Assembly: GCA_050692015.1 (NCBI GenBank)
Contig: JBOGTE010000001.1
Coordinates: 1-52,092, forward strand
DNA from: Candidatus Limnocylindria bacterium
GTDB lineage: Bacteria; Chloroflexota; Limnocylindria; P2-11E
DNA length: 52,092 bases
Direction: 5' to 3'
Part shown: positions 1-8,481 of the stretch, piece after piece
How positions within the stretch are numbered: the stretch's first letter is position 1
Layout of the letters: every line of letters starts with the position of its first letter
Notes under the pieces: model-generated
The model's database searches: none
What the model saw: only the letters and a program-made list of their open reading frames with translations
Told to the model about the DNA's origin: nothing
Program-made: the position numbers and the translations under genes

Positions 1-94
1 CAGCCGAGCCGACCGGGTCGGGCGGCGCGGCCGGGGACCCCGAGCCGCACGCGCCGGCGACGGCCGCGAGCAGCGCCAGTGCGAGCGCCCACAC
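1..94 (-). CDS. Partial lipoprotein; only the N-terminal signal peptide is in the window and the gene runs off the left edge
   Basis: The minus strand reads VWALALALLAAVAGAC-GSGSPAAPPDPVGSA, a hydrophobic core followed by a lipobox-like Cys. It lies downstream of the MerT-like gene in the same orientation. The start is uncertain: GTG at 94, or further upstream after a GGAGGG at 127-132. Confidence 0.3.
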   Translation of the reverse strand, partial: MWALALALLAAVAGACGSGSPAAPPDPVGSA

Positions 95-159
95 GAGCCG
101 AGCCGGTCCGCGGATGGGGATGCGATCCCTCCGTTCGGGCAGGGTGCAGCGGGTGCGTG

Positions 160-564
160 TCAGCCGACGGCGTAGAGCCACGGCAGCACGACGTAGTTGA
201 TCAGCAGGTACGACGCGCCGAAGGTGCCGAGCACGATCGCCGGAATGAGCACCAGGTCGCGTCGGAACCTGGCCGGGCTGCAACAGCGCCGGCTGCGGCG
301 GAGGCTCCACACGACGGTCAGTAGCGCGAACGCCACGCCGGCGGCAACGAAGAATGGCCGGTATTGCGTGAGGCCGACCAGCGCGCTCGAGCCGCCCAGC
401 CCGAGCCCGAAGGCCAGCGCGGCGGGGACGCAGCAGAGGCTCGAGATCACACCCGCCAGCACCGCCCGTCCGGCCGTCGCGACCCCACCAGGCGACGACG
501 AGCGGGCTTCGCCGCCGAGCACCGGCGCTGACCGCGACCCCGAGAAGAGCGTCGATGGCACCAC
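160..564 (-). CDS. MerT-like heavy-metal (mercuric ion) transport membrane protein
   Basis: 134 aa. TM1 carries a vicinal Cys pair (SSLCCVPAALAFGLGLGG), followed by LTQYRPFFVAAGVAFALL and a second CC pair (RRCCSP). This matches the layout of MerT (ACCLGPLVLIALGF...LEPYRP...). The GTG start lies 3 nt after the ArsR stop. Confidence 0.55.
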   Translation of the reverse strand: MVPSTLFSGSRSAPVLGGEARSSSPGGVATAGRAVLAGVISSLCCVPAALAFGLGLGGSSALVGLTQYRPFFVAAGVAFALLTVVWSLRRSRRCCSPARFRRDLVLIPAIVLGTFGASYLLINYVVLPWLYAVG

Positions 565-567
565 CCC

Positions 568-972
568 TCACCGCTCCCGGGCGGTGACGCGGCACGCTGT
601 GATCCGCTCGGCGTTCTCGTGGAGGTAGTGCTCGCCGATCCGCAGGAGCGTCCGTACTCGCGAGTCGATGATCTCGTACCAGACGTTCCGTCCCGCGCGG
701 CGCGCTTCGACGTAGCCGCAGAAGCGCAGGCAGGTGAGGTGGGAGGAAACGGTCGGCTGGGGCCGCCCGATGTGGCGCACGATCTCCCCGGTGGTCTTCG
801 GGCGGTCGAGCAAGAACTCAAGGATCTCCACCCGGATCGGATCGGCGAGGCCCTGGAAGAAGCTCGCGAGCTCCTCGCTCGAAGGCGCAGGCCGCGCCGC
901 GGCACGCGAAGCGCGAGCCCGCGGGCTCATCGCACCATGATCCAGGGACAGGGATGAGGCTTGACGTCCCAA
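568..972 (-). CDS. ArsR/SmtB-family metalloregulator
   Basis: Contains LADPIRVEILEFLLDRPKTTGEIVRHIGRPQPTVSSHLTCLRFCGYV, a typical ArsR winged helix with Cys residues in the alpha-5/HTH region. An alternative start is the ATG at 930 (MSPRARAS). Confidence 0.85.
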   Translation of the reverse strand: MGRQASSLSLDHGAMSPRARASRAAARPAPSSEELASFFQGLADPIRVEILEFLLDRPKTTGEIVRHIGRPQPTVSSHLTCLRFCGYVEARRAGRNVWYEIIDSRVRTLLRIGEHYLHENAERITACRVTARER

Positions 973-984
973 GCATAGCCTTTA

Positions 985-1002
985 CATCGAAAGAACTCGA
1001 TG
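985..1002. promoter_or_regulatory. Inverted repeat CATCGA-N6-TCGATG, candidate ArsR-type operator
   Basis: Perfect 6-bp arms in a locally AT-richer stretch just upstream of the ArsR-family gene. A TTGACG hexamer sits at 961-966. Confidence 0.25.
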
Positions 1003-1023
1003 CGATGATGGCGCCATGGTCCG

Positions 1024-1233
1024 GCAGCTACCCCCACGACGCTGGGCGAGCTGAGCGCGCTGTTCCGCGCCAGCCAGCAGGCACCGCAAGTGGACGACCT
1101 CTGCTGCGCAGGGACCTCGCGCCACCAGGTGACGGCTGGGCGGCCGCGACCGTCCGACGCGCTCACCATGGCGCTCGCGCCGGACGACGCGTTCGCCTTC
1201 ATACGAGCGATGACCGGTCAGGCCAGCGCGTGA
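1024..1233 (+). pseudogene. Possible remnant of a merA 3' end (..VDDLCCAG) and a merB-like 5' end (MALAPDDAFAFIRAM..)
   Basis: Frame 1 reads PTTLGELSALFRASQQAPQVDDLCCAG (to 1113), which resembles the MerA C-terminal tail ..LSCCAG. A 21-codon ORF at 1168-1233 begins MALAP.., like MerB MKLAP... The matches are short and rest on resemblance only. Confidence 0.2.
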
Positions 1234-1270
1234 CGGCGGAAGCACCACCCACGCCGGGCCCGTCCATCCA

Positions 1271-1294
1271 CTCCCCAGGGGGAGGGGGTATACT
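1271..1294 (+). promoter_or_regulatory. Candidate CsoR operator (CTCCCC-AG-GGGGAG palindrome plus GGGGGTATAC) overlapping a TATACT -10 box
   Basis: A perfect C4/G4-tract palindrome lies at 1271-1284. Known CsoR operators are GC-rich pseudopalindromes with C/G tracts and a GGGGTAT(AC) end. TATACT at 1289-1294 sits ~30 nt upstream of the csoR start. Confidence 0.4.
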
Positions 1295-1324
1295 GCGCCA
1301 CACCATCGTGCGGAGGTGAACGCC

Positions 1325-1588
1325 ATGCCGGCCGATAAGAAGGTCCTCGATTCGCGACTCGCGTCGATCGAGGGGCACATCAAGGGCATCCGGAAGATGG
1401 TCGAGGACGGCACGTATTGCGTGGACGTCCTGAAGCAGACCTACGCCGTCGAGCGCGCGCTCCAGAAGTTCGAGACCGAGCTCCTGCGGGGGCATCTCTC
1501 GACCTGCGTGCCGAAGGGCTTCACGGAGGGCCGCGATGACGCGATGATCGCGGAGCTCTCCGAGGTCTTCGAGCTGGCGCGCAGATAA
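1325..1588 (+). CDS. csoR: CsoR/RcnR-family copper-sensing repressor
   Basis: [55 protein letters not shown] matches the CsoR fold with the Cys-His-Cys ligand pattern. GGAGG lies 8 nt upstream of ATG 1325; the ORF track begins at GTG 1316. Confidence 0.9.
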   Translation: MPADKKVLDSRLASIEGHIKGIRKMVEDGTYCVDVLKQTYAVERALQKFETELLRGHLSTCVPKGFTEGRDDAMIAELSEVFELARR

Positions 1589-1662
1589 GCGATGGCATCG
1601 ACAGCAAGGACACCGACACTATTTCCAGTTGGCGAGCTTCGAAGCGGCGAGCAGGTGATCCG

Positions 1663-4071
1663 ATGACGAGCGAGGCCGCGCGCGAGCTCGTCCTGCCCAT
1701 CGAGGGGATGACCTGCGCCTCGTGCGTGCGGCGCGTCGAGAAGGCGCTCTCCAAGGTCGAGGGCGTGCGGGAGGCGAGCGTGAACCTCGCCACCGAGAAG
1801 GCCAAGGTCGTCCTCGATCCAGCGGCCGCCCCCGACCTCCAGCGGCTCCGGGCCGCGGTGGAGAAGGCCGGGTACAAGATCGGCCTCGTCGAGAGCCCGA
1901 GCGCGGTGACGGCGACGGCGTGGCCGGCTCCGCCGATGACGGCCGGGGACGACGCGCTGACCGCGCACGAGCGGGCGCGCCAGGCGGAGCTCGACGACCT
2001 CGGGCGCAAGTGGAAGACCTCGCTCGTTCTCGGCCTGCTCATGATGGCGACGGTCTACCTCCCGCACGGCGTCCCGATGGAGCTGCTCGCCCCGCCCCTC
2101 TTGATCGGCGGCACCATCGTCCAGTTCTGGGCCGGCGCGATCTTCTACCGCCGCGCCTGGGCGGTCGGGCGCCACGGCGGCGCGAACATGAGCACGCTCG
2201 TCGCGCTCGGGACGAGCATGGCCTACGGCTACTCCGCGTTCGTCACGCTGTGGCCGTCGCTCGCCGCGGCGTGGCGCTTCCCGCCCCACCTCTATTTCGA
2301 GACCGCGGCGATCATCATCGCGCTCATCCTCCTGGGCCTGTGGATGGAGGCGCGCGCGAAGAAGCAGGCGAGCGCCGCGATCCGCGCGCTTATGGGCCTC
2401 CAGGCCCGCACCGCGCGCGTCATCCGCGACGGACGCGAGGAGGACATCCCCATCGAGCACGTCGCCGCGGGCGACCTCGTGCGCGTGCGGCCGGGCGAGA
2501 AGGTCCCCGTGGACGGCCTCGTCATCGAGGGCCGCTCCGCCGTGGACGAGAGCATGCTCACGGGCGAGAGCATCCCGGTCGAGAAGGTGCCGGGCGACCA
2601 GGTCATCGGCGCGACGCTGAACAAGGTCGGCAGCTTGGTCTTCAAGGCGACGAAGGTCGGGCGGGACACCACGCTCGCGCAGATCGTCCGCCTCGTCGAG
2701 CACGCGCAGGGCTCCAAGGCGCCCATCCAGCGTCTGGCGGATCGGATCTCGAGCGTGTTCGTGCCCATCGTCATCGGCGTCGCCGTGCTCACGTTCGCGG
2801 GCTGGATGCTCTTCGGTCCGGAGCCGCGGCTCACCTTCGCGCTCCAGACGGCCATCGCCGTGCTCATCATCGCCTGCCCCTGCGCGCTCGGCCTCGCCGC
2901 TCCGACGGCGATCCAGGTCGGGGTCGGCAAGGCCGCCGAGCACGGGTTCCTCGTCCGCGGCGGCGAGGCGCTCGAGCAGACGAAGCGGATCGATACCATC
3001 GTCCTCGACAAGACGGGGACGCTCACGCGCGGGAAGCCGCAGGTCACCGGTCTCGTTCCCTTGAACGGCATGGCCGAGGCCGAGCTCCTGCGCCTCGCGG
3101 CCTCGGCCGAGGTCGGCTCGGAGCACCCGCTCGGCGAGGCCATCGTCGCTCGCGCGCGCGAGCTCGGCCTGGCGCTCGCGGCCGCCGAGCGCTTCCAGGC
3201 GATCTCGGGCAAGGGCATCGAGGCCGTCGTCGACGGCCGCGCGGTCGTCCTCGGCAACCTTGCCCTCATGCGCGAGCGCGCGGTCGACCTCGACGGCGCT
3301 GACGCGCGCGCGGCGGAGCTGGCGGCGGCCGGCCAGACCCCGATGTACGTAGCGGTGGATGGCCGGGCCGCCGGCGTGATCTCCGTGGCCGACACCATCA
3401 AGCCGGAGTCGCGCGAGGCCGTTGCGCTCCTCGAGGCGCTCGGCCTTGAGGTCTGGATGCTCACCGGCGACGACCGCATGACCGCCGAGGCGATCGCGAA
3501 GGAGGCGGGGATCCGCAGGGTCCTCGCCGAGGTGCTGCCCGAGCAGAAGGCCGACACGGTGAAGGAGCTGCAGCGCCAAGGGCGCGTCGTCGCCATGGTC
3601 GGCGACGGTATCAACGATGCTCCGGCGCTGGCGCAGTCCGACCTCGGCATCGCCATCGGCACGGGGACCGACGTCGCCATGGCCGCGAGCGACATCACGC
3701 TCATCGGCGGCGACCTGCGCACGATCGTCACGGCCATCGCGCTCTCGCGCAAGACCGTGGGGGTCATCAAGCAGGGGCTCTTCTGGGCGTTCGCGTACAA
3801 CGTCGTCCTCATCCCTGTCGCCATGGGGGGCCTCTACCCGCTCTTCCGCGTGCTGCTCAACCCGGTCCTCGCGGCCGCGGCCATGGCCATGTCGAGCGTG
3901 AGCGTGGTGACGAACGCGCTGCGGCTGCGGCGCTTCCGCCGGCCGGCGAGCGCGCGGGAGATCCTGCACCCGTCGCTGCGCGAGCGGGTGGCGGAGTACG
4001 GCTACCTCGTGGGCATCGCGATGCTCGCGCTCGTCATCGGCATCGCCGCGCTCGCGTTCGCCCGGGCATGA
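1663..4071 (+). CDS. copA: Copper-translocating P1B-type ATPase
   Basis: 802 aa with an N-terminal HMA domain (GMTCASC), the CPC transmembrane motif (IACPCALG), DKTGTLT, and GDGINDAP. Confidence 0.97.
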   Translation: MTSEAARELVLPIEGMTCASCVRRVEKALSKVEGVREASVNLATEKAKVVLDPAAAPDLQRLRAAVEKAGYKIGLVESPSAVTATAWPAPPMTAGDDALTAHERARQAELDDLGRKWKTSLVLGLLMMATVYLPHGVPMELLAPPLLIGGTIVQFWAGAIFYRRAWAVGRHGGANMSTLVALGTSMAYGYSAFVTLWPSLAAAWRFPPHLYFETAAIIIALILLGLWMEARAKKQASAAIRALMGLQARTARVIRDGREEDIPIEHVAAGDLVRVRPGEKVPVDGLVIEGRSAVDESMLTGESIPVEKVPGDQVIGATLNKVGSLVFKATKVGRDTTLAQIVRLVEHAQGSKAPIQRLADRISSVFVPIVIGVAVLTFAGWMLFGPEPRLTFALQTAIAVLIIACPCALGLAAPTAIQVGVGKAAEHGFLVRGGEALEQTKRIDTIVLDKTGTLTRGKPQVTGLVPLNGMAEAELLRLAASAEVGSEHPLGEAIVARARELGLALAAAERFQAISGKGIEAVVDGRAVVLGNLALMRERAVDLDGADARAAELAAAGQTPMYVAVDGRAAGVISVADTIKPESREAVALLEALGLEVWMLTGDDRMTAEAIAKEAGIRRVLAEVLPEQKADTVKELQRQGRVVAMVGDGINDAPALAQSDLGIAIGTGTDVAMAASDITLIGGDLRTIVTAIALSRKTVGVIKQGLFWAFAYNVVLIPVAMGGLYPLFRVLLNPVLAAAAMAMSSVSVVTNALRLRRFRRPASAREILHPSLRERVAEYGYLVGIAMLALVIGIAALAFARA

Positions 4072-4118
4072 GCGGACGCGCCGCGAAAGCGCTCGAACAG
4101 GAAGGGAGGGTCAGGACC

Positions 4119-4337
4119 ATGGCGAAGACGATCCTCAGCGTGCCCGATATCTCGTGCGTGCACTGCGAGCGCACCATCACCGACGCGCTCTCGCCCGTGG
4201 AGGGCGTGCGCTCGGTCCGGGTGGACATCCCGGCCAAGGAGGTCCACGTCGAGTACGACGAGTCGCGTGTGGACATCGACCGGATCAGGGGAGTCCTCGG
4301 CGACGAGGAGTACCCCGTCGAGTCCGTGATCGGATAG
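4119..4337 (+). CDS. copZ: CopZ-like heavy-metal-associated (HMA) copper chaperone
   Basis: MAKTILSVPDISCVHCERTITDAL.. has the ferredoxin-like HMA pattern with CxxC (CVHC). GGAGG lies 9 nt upstream of ATG 4119; the longer ORF from 4068 overlaps the copA stop. Confidence 0.85.
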   Translation: MAKTILSVPDISCVHCERTITDALSPVEGVRSVRVDIPAKEVHVEYDESRVDIDRIRGVLGDEEYPVESVIG

Positions 4338-4357
4338 ATCGGATAGGAGGAGCGACC

Positions 4358-4516
4358 ATGGAGCGGGATCCCGTCTGCGGAATGAAGGTGGACCCGAAGG
4401 GCGCCAAGCACACCGCGCAGCACGACGGCAAGACGTACTACTTCTGCAACGCCGGCTGCCAGCGGGCCTTCGAGGCCGCCCCCGGCCGATACGTGAAGGC
4501 CGAGCCGGGCCGCTGA
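4358..4516 (+). CDS. YHS/TRASH-domain small metal-binding protein
   Basis: MERDPVCGMKVDPKGAKHTAQHDGKTYYFCNAGCQRAFEAAPGRYV is the canonical YHS motif (DPVCGM...YYFC..C). GGAGG at 4346-4350. Confidence 0.8.
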   Translation: MERDPVCGMKVDPKGAKHTAQHDGKTYYFCNAGCQRAFEAAPGRYVKAEPGR

Positions 4517-4518
4517 GC

Positions 4519-5163
4519 GTGGCGGAGGCGCGGCCCATCCGCCCCAGCCGGGGCTGGGTGCTCCTCGCCCTCGTCGTGCTCGCCCTCAGCGCGTCCGCGG
4601 CCTACGCGTATCTCTTCACCGACGCGGCCGTCCAGGAGGAGCGGATGGTCGTGTCGCATTACGGCAACTGGGCCGCGGTGGCGTTCGCGCTCGCGTTCTT
4701 CTCGATCTTCGTGCTCGGCTTCCTGCGGTCGCCGCGCCGGCGGGACTGGCGGCATCTCGGCCTGGCCGAGGCGTACCTCGTCGCGCTGTTCACGGAGATG
4801 TTCGGCCTGCCGCTCACGATCTACCTCATCGGGTCCGTCCTCGGGGTCAAGCTCGGGCTGAGCGGCCTCGAGGGACATCTCTGGATCCTCGCGATCGGGT
4901 CGGGCCTCGCGGCAGTGCTGCTCGCCGCGGGCGTGCTTGGCGGCTTCGCGCTCGCTGACGACGGCGGCGTGATGCAGCAGCTGATGGGCCACGACGCCTA
5001 CGCCGCGATGGTCAACCAGATGCGCGCGGTCCTCGGCAACGAACGCGCGGACCAGATGCTCGCGAGCTGCGAGACGGCGATGGCCTCGAGCGACCAGGGC
5101 GCGATGCCAAACTCGATGCAGCGGATGATGTCGGGCATGGGCTCGATGATGGGTTCGCGCTAG
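4519..5163 (+). CDS. Polytopic membrane protein with a C-terminal Met/His-rich (putative Cu-binding) module
   Basis: The N-terminal ~140 aa contain 4-5 TM helices. The C-terminus (ALADDGGVMQQLMGHDAYAAMVNQMRAVLGNERADQMLASCE..MMSGMGSMMG) is paralogous to the secreted protein at 13298-13612. GTG start directly after the YHS gene. Confidence 0.6.
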   Translation: MAEARPIRPSRGWVLLALVVLALSASAAYAYLFTDAAVQEERMVVSHYGNWAAVAFALAFFSIFVLGFLRSPRRRDWRHLGLAEAYLVALFTEMFGLPLTIYLIGSVLGVKLGLSGLEGHLWILAIGSGLAAVLLAAGVLGGFALADDGGVMQQLMGHDAYAAMVNQMRAVLGNERADQMLASCETAMASSDQGAMPNSMQRMMSGMGSMMGSR

Positions 5164-5178
5164 GGCGCCGGTCGACGC

Positions 5179-5943
5179 GTGGGCGAGCTCGTCGGCCAGT
5201 GGTACCAGCTGCTGGGCTCGCTCAACCGAGCACTCGCGGAGCCCATCCGCGCCCTCTCGGACGACATCGGTCTCGCGCCCGTCACCGCGCTGCTGCTCGG
5301 TGTGCTCGGCGCGCTCAGCCCCTGCCAGCTGACCACCGGCCTGAGTGCGCTCGCGCTCATCGGCCGCCGCCCCGATCGCCGGCCCTTGATAGCGGGAATC
5401 GCATACGTCGCCGGCAAGGCGCTCATCTACGCGCTGCTCGGCGGAGCGTTCGTGATCCTCGGCAGTGCGCTCGCGACCAGCACGATCCCCGTCATCCAGG
5501 TGGTGCGCCGGGTCCTCGGGCCCTTGATGATCCTCATCGGGCTCGTCCTGGTCGGCGCCCTGCGCTCGCGGCTCACCCTCGGCCTCGGTGAGCGGGTCGC
5601 CGCGTCCGCAGCGGATCGCCTCGATGCGACCAAGCCCCAAGGCGCCTTCGTTCTCGGGATGGCCTTCGCGCTCGCCTTCTGCCCCACGCTGTTCCTGCTC
5701 TTCTTCGGACTGACCATTCCGCTCGCGCTCGCCTCACCGGGCGGCCTCGTGTTCCCCGCACTCTTCGCGCTCGGCACGGCCGCACCGCTGCTCGTGCTGC
5801 TGGCGCTGCTCGGCCTTGGCCTGGGCGGCACCGCGCGCGCGAGCAACGTGATGCAGCGCGCGCAGCCGATCCTCACGCGGCTCGCGGGCTTCGTGCTCAT
5901 CGCCGCCGGATCGAACGACACCATCGTCTATTGGTTCGTCTGA
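5179..5943 (+). CDS. DsbD_2/CcdA-superfamily membrane protein (single-Cys variants SPCQL and FCPT)
   Basis: 254 aa with ~6 TM helices. LGALSPCQLTTG and AFALAFCPTLF sit at the positions of the two CcdA cysteines. Confidence 0.7.
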   Translation: MGELVGQWYQLLGSLNRALAEPIRALSDDIGLAPVTALLLGVLGALSPCQLTTGLSALALIGRRPDRRPLIAGIAYVAGKALIYALLGGAFVILGSALATSTIPVIQVVRRVLGPLMILIGLVLVGALRSRLTLGLGERVAASAADRLDATKPQGAFVLGMAFALAFCPTLFLLFFGLTIPLALASPGGLVFPALFALGTAAPLLVLLALLGLGLGGTARASNVMQRAQPILTRLAGFVLIAAGSNDTIVYWFV

Positions 5944-5957
5944 ACCTGCGGCGCCGG

Positions 5958-5963
5958 TAGTAT
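5958..5963 (+). promoter_or_regulatory. Candidate -10 box TAGTAT placed 6 nt before the GTG start, suggesting a leaderless transcript
   Basis: TAGTAT-cggtcg-GTG(5970) with no Shine-Dalgarno sequence. The same TAGTAT-N6-start geometry recurs at 13111-13125. Confidence 0.3.
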
Positions 5964-5969
5964 CGGTCG

Positions 5970-6398
5970 GTGCCGAAGCGTGAGTTGCCGCGGGCCTTCA
6001 CCGACCGACTCGACCGTCCGACCGGTCGCCCCGAGGAGTGGTTCCTCGGCTCGCTCCAGACCCGGATCCTCCAGACGCTTTCGAAGCGGGGCCCCAGCAC
6101 CGTGCGCGAGGTGGCCGACGCGCTCAAGGGCAAGCTCGCCTACACGACCGTGATGACCGTTCTCGGACGCCTCCACGAAAAGGGGCTCGTCGGCCGCGAG
6201 CAGCGCGGCAAGGGCTACACCTACACCCCGCGCTTCTCCGAGGCGGAGCTGCGCGACCGGATGGCCAAGTACCTGGTCGATGAGATCGTCGAGGACTTCG
6301 GCGACGTCGCGCTCGCTCACTTCGCCGGTGCGCTCGATCGACTGGACCGCAAACGCGTCGCTCGCCTACGCCGGGCGAAGCCGGAGCACTCGGAATGA
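5970..6398 (+). CDS. BlaI/MecI/CopY-family transcriptional repressor
   Basis: The winged helix LQTRILQTLSKRGPSTVREVADAL...AYTTVMTVLGRLHEKGLVGREQRGKGYTYTP is typical of the Penicillinase_R family. There is no C-terminal CxC metal site. Confidence 0.85.
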   Translation: MPKRELPRAFTDRLDRPTGRPEEWFLGSLQTRILQTLSKRGPSTVREVADALKGKLAYTTVMTVLGRLHEKGLVGREQRGKGYTYTPRFSEAELRDRMAKYLVDEIVEDFGDVALAHFAGALDRLDRKRVARLRRAKPEHSE

Positions 6399-7360
6399 CC
6401 GGTGCCGATCGGGCGTTCAGCCGTCTCCTGGCCGCCTCGCTCGTGACGGGATCGGTCCTCACGCTGCCGCTGCTGATCACGCTCTTCCCGGGATCCTTCC
6501 AGCGGGCGCTGCACGGGTATGACGCGATCGCGGCCGTCTGCGCCGCGGCGCTCTACCAGATCGGCGTTGGCCTCCCGCCGCTCGGCGTGCTGGTGCTGGC
6601 CCTTGCGATCGCGAGCCTCGTGCTCGGCGCGCTGAAGGCCGGACGGACCCTGCGCCGGACGCGCCGGGTGCTCGCGCTCCATCGGCCGATCGCAACGCCA
6701 ACGCGTCTGGCCACCGCTGCCAGAGCGGTCGGCGTGTCGGACGCCGTCGTCTGCTTCGCCGATCCGCGCCCGTACGCCTACTGCCGCGGCTTCCTTCGGC
6801 CAGAGGTCTGGGTCTCGAGTGGTGCCCTCACCGCGCTGAAGCCGCGCGAGCTTGAGGCCGTCCTCTTGCACGAGGCGTTCCACCGGCGGCAGCGCGATCC
6901 GCTGCGGATCCTGGTCGGTCTCGTGCTGAGCCAGCTCCTCTTCGCGCAGCCGCTGATCCGGCTGCTCGCTGCGCGCTTCGAGGTCGCCAAAGAGCTCGAC
7001 GCAGACCGGGCGGCGGTCCGCGCGCAGGGTACGATCCGGCACCTCGCGAGCGCGCTCTACCAGCTGGGCCGCTCTCCGCTGCCGCTCGCGACCAGCGAGC
7101 TCGCGGTCGGCGCGTGGTCGCTCTCGCGCGCGCGGGTCGATCAGCTGTGCGGCGCACCCGAGCAGGAGCTGCTCCCCCTGCTGTCGCCGCGTGGCCGCTG
7201 GCTCACCACCGCAACGCTCGCGCTCGCGCTCACCCTCACGCTCGGACAGGCCACGCGCGCCAACTTGCTCCCGGCAGCGGTCGTCGAGTCACTCGAGCCA
7301 TCGATGAACAGCGCGGACATCCATACCTGCCCGTTGCCCACCAGCGGCGTGCTCTTCTAG
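6395..7360 (+). CDS. M56 (BlaR1-like) membrane zinc metalloprotease/signal transducer without a penicillin-binding sensor domain
   Basis: ATGA overlap with the BlaI-like gene. N-terminal TM helices, HEXXH (LLHEAFHRRQRDPL), a further TM helix, and a short C-terminal tail ending ..DIHTCPLPTSGVLF. Confidence 0.8.
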   Translation: MTGADRAFSRLLAASLVTGSVLTLPLLITLFPGSFQRALHGYDAIAAVCAAALYQIGVGLPPLGVLVLALAIASLVLGALKAGRTLRRTRRVLALHRPIATPTRLATAARAVGVSDAVVCFADPRPYAYCRGFLRPEVWVSSGALTALKPRELEAVLLHEAFHRRQRDPLRILVGLVLSQLLFAQPLIRLLAARFEVAKELDADRAAVRAQGTIRHLASALYQLGRSPLPLATSELAVGAWSLSRARVDQLCGAPEQELLPLLSPRGRWLTTATLALALTLTLGQATRANLLPAAVVESLEPSMNSADIHTCPLPTSGVLF

Positions 7361-7370
7361 GCAGCCTGCT

Positions 7371-7607
7371 TTAGGTCCGGCGCTCGGGTGGCGCCCGGCC
7401 GCGCAGCACCGCGGCGCGCTCTTCGTACTCGCCGTGATCGATCTCCCCCCGCGCGTAGCGCTCTTGGAGCACGCCCAGCGCATCGCCTGATCCGCTGGCT
7501 GCGCGCCGCCCGGTCAGGACGAAGACCAGCGACGCCACGAGGAGGCCGGGGATGAGGATCGAGAAGATCCATCCCCAGGCCATCATGCCCCAGCCATCCA
7601 TCATCAT
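7371..7607 (-). CDS. SHOCT-domain small membrane protein
   Basis: A Met/Trp-rich N-terminus (MMMDGWGMMAWGW), one TM helix, and a C-terminal LQERYARGEIDHGEYEERAAVL (SHOCT motif). Confidence 0.7.
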   Translation of the reverse strand: MMMDGWGMMAWGWIFSILIPGLLVASLVFVLTGRRAASGSGDALGVLQERYARGEIDHGEYEERAAVLRGRAPPERRT

Positions 7608-7608
7608 T

Positions 7609-8481
7609 TCACGCTACCTCACTGCCTTGTTGTTCTCGTCGTGATGGTGCGCGGAGGATCAGCAGGAGCACGAGCGCCGCCGCGGCGAGGACCACCACCG
7701 GACTGAAGCCCCCGAGCCGGTCGGTGACCGCGTCGAAGACGCCACGCAGCCACAAGTAGACGCCCTGGAGGAACTCGGGGCTGTAGGTGCTCTCGCCGGT
7801 GAAGCCGAGCCAGAGCACAAGCGCGCCCATCGCCCAGAGCAAGAGCGCCGCCGCGAGGTTCGTCGTCGTGACCGTCCACCGACGGGCTCCGAGGCGCAGA
7901 GAGAGGGGACGGGGACGGAGCGCCGGGTGCGAGAGCAGATCGAAGCGCTGGCCGAAGAGCGCGACCAGAAGCAGCGGAAAGACCATCCCGAAGACGTAGG
8001 CGAGGCCGATCCCGATCGCGACCCACCAGGTCGGCGCGACGACGCTCAGCGCCAAGACGCCAGCGAGCACCGGCGCGCAGCACGAGCTCGCCGCGCCGGA
8101 GAAGGCCCCAAGGGCGAAGACGGAGGCGCTGCTCGGCGGTCCGAGGCGCGGGGACCAGGGCATCGGCAGCGACCAGCGGCCAGTGAGCGAAAGCGCCCCG
8201 AGGCCGATCAGGAGCAGCCCGCCGAGGAAGAACAGCTCGCGGTGGAGCTGCGGCAGCAGCTGGGCGAGGCCGGCGATGCCCCAGGCGACCGGCAACAGGA
8301 CGAGCGAGAGGCCGGCCGAGAACGTCAGCGTCATCCGCACGAGCTGCCAGCGACCGTGATGCACGCCTGCGGCGAGGTAGGAAGGGAGCAGGAATGTGAG
8401 GCAGCACGGCGCGAGCAGCGCGAGGATCCCACCAAAGAACGCGGCCGCGATCGACGCCGAGCCGAAGAGCGGATCGATCAC
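7609..8481 (-). CDS. CcdA/DsbD-like polytopic membrane protein carrying vicinal Cys-Cys pairs
   Basis: 290 aa, ~8 TM helices. LLAPCCLTFLLPSY and GAASSCCAPVLAGVLA sit where CcdA has single cysteines. Confidence 0.65.
   Translation of the reverse strand: MIDPLFGSASIAAAFFGGILALLAPCCLTFLLPSYLAAGVHHGRWQLVRMTLTFSAGLSLVLLPVAWGIAGLAQLLPQLHRELFFLGGLLLIGLGALSLTGRWSLPMPWSPRLGPPSSASVFALGAFSGAASSCCAPVLAGVLALSVVAPTWWVAIGIGLAYVFGMVFPLLLVALFGQRFDLLSHPALRPRPLSLRLGARRWTVTTTNLAAALLLWAMGALVLWLGFTGESTYSPEFLQGVYLWLRGVFDAVTDRLGGFSPVVVLAAAALVLLLILRAPSRREQQGSEVA

Noticed and set aside
1441-3969. 842-aa ORF on the minus strand opposite copA
   Set aside because: It is entirely antisense to an unmistakable P-type ATPase. 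The translation is Arg/Asp/Gly/His-rich low complexity ([24 protein letters not shown]..), typical of shadow frames in high-GC DNA.
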